A stretch of 63,808 nt of DNA, counting the filler, from Thraustochytrium aureum (taxonomy: Eukaryota): assembly GCA_012862495.1 (NCBI GenBank). It is 7 parts of 6 records of this genome, joined end to end, with 100 filler letters (N's around TTAATTAATTAA, not from the genome) between each part and the next. Parts side by side here need not be neighbours in the genome. Positions count along the whole stretch, not along the records: positions 6,337 to 23,686 come from BLSG01000404.1; positions 23,787 to 28,639 come from BLSG01000405.1; positions 28,740 to 40,127 come from BLSG01000405.1; 4 more parts are not named here. One strand, written 5' to 3'. This document shows positions 20,543 to 30,251 of this stretch, piece after piece. A model generated the notes under the pieces. The model was given only the letters and a program-made list of their open reading frames with translations, did no database searches and was not told the DNA's origin. Position 1 is the first letter of the stretch, and each line of letters starts with the position of its first letter. The translations under genes and the position numbers were made by a program.

Positions 20543-21061
20543 CTAGCGCTGGCCTTCTCCTAGCCCGGGAGCGGCCTCGCCGACGCGGCAGCTCTGGGTC
20601 CAACCACTAGTGTTCTTGGAGCCGCGAAACTCGCCGAGCGGAATCTCGGGCGCCCCGTCCATGAACCAGAGCCACCGTGGCCAGCCAAGAACAACGCTCG
20701 CCCCAGCGAGGCCCACGCATGCCCAGTTCACGCCTCTGCTCCAAGGCACGTAAAAGGGGGCCACCGCACACGCCACAACGAGCCCAGCCTCGATAGCGAC
20801 GCGCACGCGCCCGTCTGTTGGGATGAAGACGTGCTTCTTGTCCCCTTGCACGCTGAAGAGCGCCGGAGCGCCGACGAGCACCACCGCGGTTGCCGTCGCT
20901 GCCAGAGCGCGAAGAGGCGCTGGCAACCCGACGGCCTGAAGGCGCGTTGCGACGGCCCACGGACCTGCCACCCACGCGACAACCTCCACCAGGAACCTCA
21001 CTGTCGCAGTCAGCACGGTGTCAAACGGATGGTCCACAAGCGGGTTGCTCTGCGGCCCCAT
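20543..21061 (-). CDS. Small 4-TM membrane protein, bacterial YrdB/DUF2568-like (tentative)
   Basis: From ATG 21061: FDTVLTATVRFLVEVVAWVAGPWA...GAPALFSVQGDKK...GRVRVAIE...RWLWF; the RFLxE and RxxxE pattern is typical of this bacterial family. Confidence 0.55.
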   Translation of the reverse strand: MGPQSNPLVDHPFDTVLTATVRFLVEVVAWVAGPWAVATRLQAVGLPAPLRALAATATAVVLVGAPALFSVQGDKKHVFIPTDGRVRVAIEAGLVVACAVAPFYVPWSRGVNWACVGLAGASVVLGWPRWLWFMDGAPEIPLGEFRGSKNTSGWTQSCRVGEAAPGLGEGQR

Positions 21062-21244
21062 TTCGCGTCTGGAGCGCCGGCGTGAGCTGCTGAGGCGCCT
21101 GTTGCTCGAACTCTTGCTCGACCTGCGTGTCGAGGTGCCCCCGCGCTCGCCACTGCCCCGCGAGCCAGCTTCGAGCGCGGCCTCCGCCCTTGGCATTGTC
21201 CGCGACGGGCCTCGTCGCCGGCGGGAGTTGGTGGACTGAATTTG

Positions 21245-23686
21245 TCACGGGCAGGCTGGGCTGGTGAGCGAGTGGCCTGCCGCCAAGGTCGCCAAGGTNN
21301 NNNNNNNNNNNNNNNNNNNNNNNNNNNNNNNNNNNNNNNNNNNNNNNNNNNNNNNNNNNNNNNNNNNNNNNNNNNNNNNNNNNNNNNNNNNNNNNNNNNN
21401 NNNNNNNNNNNNNNNNNNNNNNNNNNNNNNNNNNNNNNNNNNNNNNNNNNNNNNNNNNNNNNNNNNNNNNNNNNNNNNNNNNNNNNNNNNNNNNNNNNNN
21501 NNNNNNNNNNNNNNNNNNNNNNNNNNNNNNNNNNNNNNNNNNNNNNNNNNNNNNNNNNNNNNNNNNNNNNNNNNNNNNNNNNNNNNNNNNNNNNNNNNNN
21601 NNNNNNNNNNNNNNNNNNNNNNNNNNNNNNNNNNNNNNNNNNNNNNNNNNNNNNNNNNNNNNNNNNNNNNNNNNNNNNNNNNNNNNNNNNNNNNNNNNNN
21701 NNNNNNNNNNNNNNNNNNNNNNNNNNNNNNNNNNNNNNNNNNNNNNNNNNNNNNNNNNNNCTCTTTCATGACGTCGCCGAGCTGGCCCGTTGTGTGGACA
21801 GAAAAGGCCTGCGCAGCGAACGGTTGCGGAGCCTTGGCATCCGCGCCAGCAGCGGCATCCGCGCCCGTGCCCGCTTGGGCCCCGTCGCGAGGTGCCACCT
21901 TTTGCAGGACCGCGCGGCGGATCGCTGTCGTCTCGATGTAGAGACTGGATCCGCCGTTGGTGGACCAGGCGAGGCCCATGACCACCCCCGCGGGCGGGAC
22001 AGAGCCATAGAGCTTGTCGCTCTGGTACCTCGGCTTGCCGACGTACTTTTCGAGCTTGTCAGCAGTGACGAGCCAGTTGCGCTCGCGGCGCTCCTCCTCG
22101 GTCGCTTCGAGCAGCTCGAGCGTCAGCTTGCGGTAGATCTTTTCGATCTCTTGCTCGAGCTTGCGCACGCCCGACTCGCGGCAGTACCAGCGAGCGAGTG
22201 AGGCGATAGCCTCCTCGTCGAGCCCGAGCGAGTCCGGCACATCGATTTTGGTATGCGGCTCGCGCACCTCTGGAAGGCCGGCGGGGTGCAGGGCGTCGTG
22301 AACGAGGTCCACGGCGCCGACCTCGACGAGGCCGCAGTCGCGCTTGGAGCGCGGCTCGAGATAGCGGCGCGCGATCTGGACCTTTTCTGGCAAGTCGTAA
22401 CCGGCGAGGCGGAGGACCTCCATGCGGTCGAGTAGCGGGCCAGGGATGGTGTCGAGCGAATTGGCCGTGCAGACGAAGAGCACTTTGGAGAGGTCGATGG
22501 GAACGTCCAGGTAGTGGTCGAGGAAGCTCGAGTTTTGGGCCGGGTCGAGGAGCTCGAGCAGGGCGGACGCGGGGTCGCCGCGGTAGCCTGAGCCGAGCTT
22601 GTCGATCTCGTCGATGAGGACGACTGGATTGCTCACGCCTGTGCTCTTCAGGCACTGGACGAGCTTGCCGGGCATCGCCCCGATGTATGTGCGGCGATGG
22701 CCCTTGATCTCGGAGACGTCGCTGAGGCCGCCCACCGAGAACCGGTAAAAGTCGCGGTCCAGAGCGTGCGCGATTGACTTGCCGATGCTCGTCTTGCCGA
22801 CCCCGGGGGGGCCTACGAGGAGAATGATCTTGCCCTGCACCGTGCCGCGCAAGTTGCCCACGGCGATAAACTCGAGGATGCGCTGCTTGATATCGCTCAG
22901 ACCAAAGTGGTCAGCTTCGAGGATCGCCTTGGCGTGCTTGATATCGAGGTTGTCAAGCGAGCTTCGCGTCCAGGGCAGGCTCAGCAGCCAGTCCAGGTAC
23001 CCGCGCGACACGTTGAACTCGGGGCTGGTCTTTTCGAGGGTGCTCAGCTTCTTCATCTCTTCCTCGATGACTCGCTTGGCTTCGTCCGGGATCCCATTCT
23101 GTGTGAAGATGCGCTCTTTCTTGGCGCCGCTCGATTGCGACGTCCCGTCCGCCCCAGCAGCTCCTACGCCCTCGGCGGCGTTGGTGTTGTCCTCGGCAGC
23201 CTTGCGCTCCTTGGCAGTGGCACGGCGCGCCTCCTCGAGCGTGGTCACCTTTTGCAGGTTCTCGAAGCGCGTGCGGTACTTTTCCAGCAACGCGTCCTTG
23301 TCGTCGTGCTCCAGGCCAAGCTCCTTCTTGATCTGCTTGAGCTGCTCATTGAGAAAGTACTTGCGCTGGTTGGCGCTGATGGTCTCCTCCACCTGCTTGG
23401 AGATCTCCTGCTGCAGCGAGTTGAGCTGGACCTCCTTTTTGAGCAGCGTGAGCACCTTTTTCAAGCGCGTCTCAAGGTTGAGGGCCTCGAGCACTTCCTG
23501 AAGGTCCTGGCCGTCGGCCGACGTGAGCGCAGCAGCGAAATTGCAGACGTGGTGCGGGTCGGACATGTCGAAGCGCGTCGAGAAGAGCTGCATGTGCTCG
23601 CGCAGCAGCGGGTTGTGCCGGATGACGTCGCGGAGCGTGGCAAGCACCTCGTTTGTGTAGGCGCGGATCATGTCGCTATCGTAGCT
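21245..23686 (-). CDS. LONP1: Mitochondrial Lon protease (LONP1/PIM1-type); 5' truncated at the scaffold end, catalytic domain largely in N gap 21299-21760
   Basis: [21 protein letters not shown], Walker [23 protein letters not shown], Walker [47 protein letters not shown]. Confidence 0.96.
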   Translation of the reverse strand, partial: SYDSDMIRAYTNEVLATLRDVIRHNPLLREHMQLFSTRFDMSDPHHVCNFAAALTSADGQDLQEVLEALNLETRLKKVLTLLKKEVQLNSLQQEISKQVEETISANQRKYFLNEQLKQIKKELGLEHDDKDALLEKYRTRFENLQKVTTLEEARRATAKERKAAEDNTNAAEGVGAAGADGTSQSSGAKKERIFTQNGIPDEAKRVIEEEMKKLSTLEKTSPEFNVSRGYLDWLLSLPWTRSSLDNLDIKHAKAILEADHFGLSDIKQRILEFIAVGNLRGTVQGKIILLVGPPGVGKTSIGKSIAHALDRDFYRFSVGGLSDVSEIKGHRRTYIGAMPGKLVQCLKSTGVSNPVVLIDEIDKLGSGYRGDPASALLELLDPAQNSSFLDHYLDVPIDLSKVLFVCTANSLDTIPGPLLDRMEVLRLAGYDLPEKVQIARRYLEPRSKRDCGLVEVGAVDLVHDALHPAGLPEVREPHTKIDVPDSLGLDEEAIASLARWYCRESGVRKLEQEIEKIYRKLTLELLEATEEERRERNWLVTADKLEKYVGKPRYQSDKLYGSVPPAGVVMGLAWSTNGGSSLYIETTAIRRAVLQKVAPRDGAQAGTGADAAAGADAKAPQPFAAQAFSVHTTGQLGDVMKEXXXXXXXXXXXXXXXXXXXXXXXXXXXXXXXXXXXXXXXXXXXXXXXXXXXXXXXXXXXXXXXXXXXXXXXXXXXXXXXXXXXXXXXXXXXXXXXXXXXXXXXXXXXXXXXXXXXXXXXXXXXXXXXXXXXXXXXXXXXXXXXXXXXXXXXXXXTLATLAAGHSLTSPACP

Positions 23687-23786
23687 NNNNNNNNNNNNNN
23701 NNNNNNNNNNNNNNNNNNNNNNNNNNNNNNTTAATTAATTAANNNNNNNNNNNNNNNNNNNNNNNNNNNNNNNNNNNNNNNNNNNN
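23687..23786. other. Artificial scaffold spacer
   Basis: TTAATTAATTAA at 23731-23742 flanked by 44 N each side. Confidence 0.97.
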
Positions 23787-26782
23787 GGCACAACACAAGA
23801 AAGAAACCGCAGAGCGCTCGCGTAGTGTTTACCGTCGAACTCGATGTCTTTCGTCATGCTGCCACTGCTGCCACGAATACAAGCGCAGCCCACCAGCAGG
23901 CCGGCCGTGGCTGGCAGCTGCGAGCTGCTGCATCTACGCGTCGAACGGCCGGTCATCAGAGATGAAATGTGAGATTCGTTCGTCCGTCCGCCCGCCCGCA
24001 GCGAGCGCCTCCCGCGTCATCCCGACTCAGCAACAGAGAAAGTCAGCAGCTGCCTGCCACCCATGCAAAGTAGCGCATCGTTGCGGTGTTGGTGTTCGCG
24101 GCACAAACCGTCGCTGACTGGTCGGCTGGCGTGGGCCCCGCATGCCAGGCACGCATGCCCGCCGCCTTGGTGAGGTGGGTCGACCACCTACGCTTCGCTT
24201 CGCGTCGCCTCTTCGGACCGAGCGCTGCCGCTCTTCCCGCGCCTGTTCCTGCGCCCATCTCCAGGCCCCAGGGAACGCGCAGCCACTGCGCGAGCAGCCG
24301 CGAACGGCCATTCGCATGCATGCCCATGTGCCTTCGTCCGTCATGGCGACCGTTGTCGCGAAGAACGTCGCGTCAAAACTGCATGCTCATGTGCTTGCTT
24401 GCCAGTGTGGGCAGCTCGTGGAACTCGGCAGCGGCGAGCAGCCCAGTCCTTCCTCTCGCGGCTTCCTCCCATGCTCTCTGCCATTTCGTAACATGCACGC
24501 ATTCGGGCAATCAAGCACGCATGCGTTTTCCACGGAGGTTGCGCGTAGCGTCGCACTGCGTTCGATGACCTGGACGGCGCGTGACGAGAGAATCTCTTGC
24601 TGCCGCCGGGGCGGCTGCCAATGCGCCACAAAAACGGAGTGGCGCGTCCGCTCGATGGGCAGAGTACCACTTGACGCTACCTACCTACTACCTGCCCTTC
24701 CTGCTCGCCGCCCGGCCGAGTGCTCGCGCGCCGCCTGGCCACCTCGTCTTTCACAAAAAAAATACTGCGTGCACGCGATCGGCGAAATCGGGCAAAACCT
24801 CTCCGTGCCTGGCGCTCTGATTCTGCTTCTACAACCGTGCTGCTGTCGCGTGTGCGAGTCCGTACAGGACTCGCGCGCGGTGTTTCGCCGCGAGAAGAAC
24901 AGCCGCGTTGAAACGCATGTCGTCCTGCAGACCCACGCTCGGCCAGCGGGCAACGCAAGAGTCCGTCGCCAAGTTGCCGTCGCGATGTTCCTGGCGCCAA
25001 GGAGGCTGGCGCGCGCAGCGTGACGTGATGAGCCCCGGCCCCACTGGTCGGAAACGGGATGCTGTCGCCGCTGTCTCTCTGCGGCCAGGGGTGAGTGGAG
25101 GGCTCTGGCTCATTGACGCATCGTGAGACTTTGTGAGCTCGGCGGGACGTGACGCGGCGCTGTGGATTCGTTCAACGACTCCGCTCATCGCACTTGGCGC
25201 CATTGCCGGTGCTTTTGATCAGTTTCAGTGCAGAGGATTTGGGGGGTGACGCGTTGGAGCGGTACTACCCTTGGCTGGCAGCCGGTTGTGAATGGCGCGC
25301 TGCTTTGCATGGGTGCTGGCTGGAGTCTGCAAGCAAGCGCATCAACGAGACGCGAGAATCTCCGTTCTCGTTGGAAACGTTGGAAACGTTGGAATCGGGC
25401 AAGATTCCACAACGCAGCAGAGCTGCCTGATCAGGGCGGCCTGTTCTGCCAAGGAATCGCGCCGAGTTTCGACGAGCAGGATCGGATCCTCCTTGGTTGG
25501 TTTCGATTCTTTCGAGTGCATGAATCACAGCCGATGAGCCCAGGTGACCAGGGCCAGGTCATTCATTTCACGTGACGCGCTTGGGGCCAACACGGCGCGC
25601 TGCAGTTGCAGACTCGTTCAAGTCACCAGTCCCACCAGCGCTCCCCGACCCCACACCGGCAGCCGGTCCTGCGTTCCAAACTTCCTATCTCACCAGGCTG
25701 GCGGAGCGCGAGCGCGTCGGGCGACGTCGCGGTATACCTATTCGTTGTCCTCCATCATGATGCCGCCCCCGTCGGAGCTTCTTGCACGCACTATCGCGTC
25801 AAAACCCGCCAATGTTATTCCGAAGACTCGGGTGCCGTNCGGGGCACACGATGGTCCCGCCGTTTTGTGAGCGGCAAATAGCCTCCACACATCACCTCGA
25901 AGGCTCTTGGATGCTCTCCATCACGAGCGTCTTCGAGATTACCGCTCAAGAGCAAGAAAGCTGTGCGCGGTACGATATCGAGGCGCCCGATACAAGAGGA
26001 GGGTCTGCTGGTACCTCCTAGACTGTCGTCGCGAAAGTTGATTCTTTGATTCAAGACTGTGATGCCTTGCAGGAGGCGGTTTTATTTCCCTCGTACGNNN
26101 NNNNNNNNNNNNNNNNNNNNNNNNNNNNNNNNNNNNNNNNNNNNNNNNNNNNNNNNNNNNNNNNNNNNNNNNNNNNNNNNNNNNNNNNNNNNNNNNNNNN
26201 NNNNNNNNNNNNNNNNNNNNNNNNNNNNNNNNNNNNNNNNNNNNNNNNNNNNNNNNNNNNNNNNNNNNNNNNNNNNNNNNNNNNNNNNNNNNNNNNNNNN
26301 NNNNNNNNNNNNNNNNNNNNNNNNNNNNNNNNNNNNNNNNNNNNNNNNNNNNNNNNNNNNNNNNNNNNNNNNNNNNNNNNNNNNNNNNNNNNNNNNNNNN
26401 NNNNNNNNNNNNNNNNNNNNNNNNNNNNNNNNNNNNNNNNNNNNNNNNNNNNNNNTACTTCTTCAAGTTGCCTGCTCGCGCGAGTTGTGAAACCAGTTGA
26501 CGTCCAAACCACACGCGCGAGCAGACGCAAGCATACGAAGGCGAAGTGCACGGCGCTCGCTGAGCTGGCACGGCGGCGTGCGTGTGACGAAGAGCGGCGC
26601 AATCACGCCAGGCGTCGCACTCCAGCTCCCCCGGCTCTGGCGCTATCTGCTCAGCGCGCTCGGCCGGGCCTGGCTGGTGCAGTGCGCGAAAGTGGTACTT
26701 CCTGCTCCAGGTTGACTGCCAAGCAACGAGCGGGCAGCGGGCGAGCCAAGCTAGGGCACCGCTTGAAGACCAGGTTGCTGCC

Positions 26783-28153
26783 ATGGAGGGGGAGCGGTAT
26801 ATCTTGCGGCACGGGCCCGTGCTGCGTCTGTTCCTGCTCGGGCTTGCCGCCTTGGGCATCGCGACCATCGCCGTGGCGGTGTACACGGTCCAGGCGAACG
26901 AGGCCATGGTCACATACGTCAACATCTTCCTTGAGACGCTCGACCCACAGTACCTGGTGCTCTGGCACTTTTTGCTCTACTCGCCCATGTTTGCAGGCAC
27001 TGCGGTCATCATCTTCGCCGGCGCAGCAATTTACTTTAGTACCTTGACGGTGGAGAAGGCCAAGGCTCTGGACGCCAAGCTTGACGAAGCCCTGAACAAG
27101 GAGGAATCGCCCTGCGAGCGCTATTGCGGCTCGACCGCGCGCGGCCTCTTCCGCACGAGCATGGTGGTCATGAGCATCCTCTTCGTGCTGCAAGGCGTCT
27201 TCGCCGGGGGCTACCTGTTTTTCCTCAGAGCGATGTTCTCCTCGATCGAGCAGATGGCCACCAGCACCGAGCCGCTCAGCGACCTCGAGAGCGACATCTC
27301 AACGCTCCAGCTCGCCATGTTCAACCAGTGCTGCTACGAGAAGGACTGGAGCAGCCAGGGCCTCATCCCGCGCTGCACGGACGACGTCCGCACGCCCCCA
27401 GCCTGCTCGCTCTCGCCAGCCACTCAGCGCTTCTCCCAGGTCCTCTGCACGTGCTACCCAGGCAGCAACTACGATGCTTTTTATGATGCGCTGCAAGCGA
27501 CCCAGATCTGCTCCGTGCTCGCGGACGCCGTCGTCGGGATCAGCGACACCGATCTTATTCCGGGCACCGAGCTGCCCATCTCCGCGTTCGTGCCTGTGAA
27601 GCGGGCGCGGATCGTCGGCTTTAACGGCACAGTGGAGGACGACCCGTCCAAGAAGGACCCACGCGGGTACGGCTGCGGCTTTGGGGGCTACGCAAAGCCC
27701 TTCCAGTGGATGCAGTTCAAGTATGCGAACGACGCTTCGCAGAGTATCGCCGTGGCCGTGATCCTCATCTCTATCTTGGAGATTATCCTGGTCATTGCAA
27801 TCGTGTGCCAGCTCCAGACGGGCAACGACGAGGACTTTTTCGAAGAGATGCAGCAGCAGATGGTCGCGTCCAGCAAGACTGGGATTGTGGTCAGCACCTC
27901 GCTGCGCCTCGAGTTGGACCGTGTCGAGGCTCGCGACGCGGAGCGCGAGGTCCGTGAGGCAGCGCGTCAAGAGCGGGTCGCCAAGGAGGCGGCGGCAAAG
28001 CGGCAGCGTCGCTTCGTCCGCGCCCTTGCATCTGGCCGGGCGACCAAGGCCGATGTGGCCATTGCAAGGACCTCGGCGAAGCACACCAGTCACAAGGCGG
28101 ACAGTGGCGAAGGCGAGGTGCGCCTTCAGGTCCCGCCCTCGCCCCCGATTTGA
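26783..28153 (+). CDS. Tetraspanin-like 4-TM protein with a Cys-rich large extracellular loop and charged cytoplasmic tail
   Basis: Three N-terminal TM helices, ~170-aa loop with NQCC and 8 Cys, a fourth TM (IAVAVILISILEIILVIAIVC), then a coiled-coil tail. Confidence 0.65.
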   Translation: MEGERYILRHGPVLRLFLLGLAALGIATIAVAVYTVQANEAMVTYVNIFLETLDPQYLVLWHFLLYSPMFAGTAVIIFAGAAIYFSTLTVEKAKALDAKLDEALNKEESPCERYCGSTARGLFRTSMVVMSILFVLQGVFAGGYLFFLRAMFSSIEQMATSTEPLSDLESDISTLQLAMFNQCCYEKDWSSQGLIPRCTDDVRTPPACSLSPATQRFSQVLCTCYPGSNYDAFYDALQATQICSVLADAVVGISDTDLIPGTELPISAFVPVKRARIVGFNGTVEDDPSKKDPRGYGCGFGGYAKPFQWMQFKYANDASQSIAVAVILISILEIILVIAIVCQLQTGNDEDFFEEMQQQMVASSKTGIVVSTSLRLELDRVEARDAEREVREAARQERVAKEAAAKRQRRFVRALASGRATKADVAIARTSAKHTSHKADSGEGEVRLQVPPSPPI

Positions 28154-28397
28154 CCCCGCGCCCGAGCCCGTGCCTTGTGCGGACATGAATGTGTGTTTGT
28201 GTTTCTCCGCTTATGATGACTATCTGTAGACGCTACCTACGATAAAAGCCTTCCTATTGCAAACCGCTCTGTGGCGCGCTGGGGCCAGCTTGGGGGCAGT
28301 CGGCGCGAACGCCACCAGAAGGACTGGCGCCTGCGCCTGCGATGGCGCCTGCAACGGCGCCTGCGCCTGCCCGGCGCGAGCTGGCTGTTCGCCTCCG

Positions 28398-28639
28398 CTA
28401 GGCTTCGCTGGCACCCGCGCGCGCCGCAGCCTCTACCGCCAGCAGCAAGCGACGCGTGAGCGCTGGCGGCATTCCCATGACGCTCTCCAGCTCGCCGTGG
28501 CGCGGGCCGAGGTACGGCGCAAGGAGCGGGTCCTCCGCCACAAAAGACCCAGCACAGTACATGATATCCCCCTTGGCAATCAACGCGTCCGCGACGTCGC
28601 CTGGTACCGGCAAAAGTGCTGCACTGCAACGTCAACGCC
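28398..28639 (-). CDS. Maf-like nucleotide pyrophosphatase, C-terminal fragment (truncated by scaffold end; 1-nt deletion at ~28612-28615)
   Basis: GVDVAVQHF(L)PVPGDVADALIAKGDIMYCAGSFVAEDPLLAPYLGPRHGELESVMGMP resembles the plant/protist Maf C-terminus (AG...E.P...G..SVMG). Confidence 0.7.
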
Positions 28640-28739
28640 NNNNNNNNNNNNNNNNNNNNNNNNNNNNNNNNNNNNNNNNNNNNTTAATTAATTAANNNNN
28701 NNNNNNNNNNNNNNNNNNNNNNNNNNNNNNNNNNNNNNN
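28640..28739. other. Artificial scaffold spacer
   Basis: TTAATTAATTAA at 28684-28695 flanked by 44 N each side. Confidence 0.97.
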
Positions 28740-29309
28740 GGAGCCGGAGTCTTGCACACGGCCTCCAGCTCTGATGAGCGGCCGGGCCAGTCGAGCGAAT
28801 TTGCAGGCCGCGGAGCGATTCTCCTGGTCGAATGCCGCTTCTCCGCTCGCGTGTCACCGTGCTGACAGGAGGCCATCCTTGCTCGCTCGCACGATCCGCT
28901 TTGCATCAGTTGCGCCTGGACATTGTGCACAGCCCTGAATACACGCATCCCAACCACTCTGCTGGCGCCAACCAACAGCAGCGCAAGTCGAGTAGTGCGA
29001 AGGCAGGTCGGCGGCCAGGACGTCGGCGTCGTCCTCGAAAGAGGCGTTACGTAAGTACGCATGAGTGTTCGTTTTGTGACACTTTTCCGATCAATCAATC
29101 GATTCACACCAGAATTCGGCACAAACTGAGCCACAACAACAGTGCTCGAAATCGAATGCGAGCAGAGCGCGCGAAGTTGCAGGTCCGTGCGTCCGTGCGT
29201 CCGTGCGTGAGGCTCGAACTTGCTGCAAGGTGGCGCTCCACCGGCCTGGCCTGGCTGGAGCGCGGCGGCCGTCGCCGAGGCGCTGCGGTTTGGGGCGGGG
29301 CGGGACGAG

Positions 29310-30011
29310 ATGAACGCGGTTGTTGTCTTGGGCCAGGCGCTCGAAGCGGACACGTCGCTGCCAACGTGCTTGGAGAATAGACTTGAGCGCGCCGGATTGG
29401 AGTACAAGAGGCTGAAAGCGGAAGGCCAGCAATGCAAAATACTGGTGAGCGGCGCTGATGTGGTGGAATGCGGAATGACCGAGGCAAGGGCCATGTACAA
29501 CTTTCTCGCAGACCAGCTGGATCTAGACGAGTCGGACCTGATCGTGGAGGAGCAAGCCCGAAACACAATCGAAAACCTTGTTCTTGTCGCGCCGATTGTC
29601 GAAGAGATTCGGGCCAAGCGTGTCTTCGTGGTCACCTCGGATTTTCACATTGTACGCAGCATGTACAACGCGCGAGCCGCCTTTTACGGCGCTGGTATCT
29701 ACCCAGGGATCCTCCTGGTGGAGTGCCCAGCGCCCCACGGGCTGCGCGCCCTGAGGCGGCCTCTTTCGGACCGTCCGCGCCTGCACGTCGGCGCAGAGTA
29801 CCTAATTGAGGACATCAACGAGTGGGACCTGGAAAGCCGGCTCGAGCACGAGAGGGACATCTTGCTCAACCACGCCAACCGGTGGCTGGCTTCCAGAGGT
29901 CTGCCTGTGCCTTCGTGCGCCGACCTCCAGCAAAACCTTTCTCGCTTGGAGCGCATGCTGGCGCGCCTCCGCAGCGGCTACGACGCCTCCACGACGATCT
30001 CTGCGCTTTAG
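29310..30011 (+). CDS. DUF218 (YdcF/ElyC/SanA-like) domain protein
   Basis: AVVVLG, RLERA, ILVSG, TEARAM, IVEEQARNTIENL, VVTSDFHIVRS motifs. Confidence 0.88.
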   Translation: MNAVVVLGQALEADTSLPTCLENRLERAGLEYKRLKAEGQQCKILVSGADVVECGMTEARAMYNFLADQLDLDESDLIVEEQARNTIENLVLVAPIVEEIRAKRVFVVTSDFHIVRSMYNARAAFYGAGIYPGILLVECPAPHGLRALRRPLSDRPRLHVGAEYLIEDINEWDLESRLEHERDILLNHANRWLASRGLPVPSCADLQQNLSRLERMLARLRSGYDASTTISAL

Positions 30012-30251
30012 AAGCTTGCCAGAGCGTGCGTTGTGCTGTGCTGCCGCGCTCGAGGCTCTGCGTGTGTGCGTCAGTAGGCGGACTTTCTCGTCGCCAGCCG
30101 GTACCGGTTTGAAACGCGCGCGCTTCGAGCAAGCTAAGAATCCACTGCCGTTGTGGAGCTCGGCGTCAAGCACTCAGAGAAAAAGAAGGCTCGGTTTCTT
30201 TTCGGTTTATTTCTAACAGGCGGCGGCGCAGAGCAAGCGCTCGCTAATCGC

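Noticed and set aside
20447..20560. Short direct repeats (GCTGTTGCCACACT.CTTGTGGCTAGCG) between convergent genes as a mobile-element scar
   Set aside because: Local duplication around the stop codon of the small membrane gene; no element lies between the copies.
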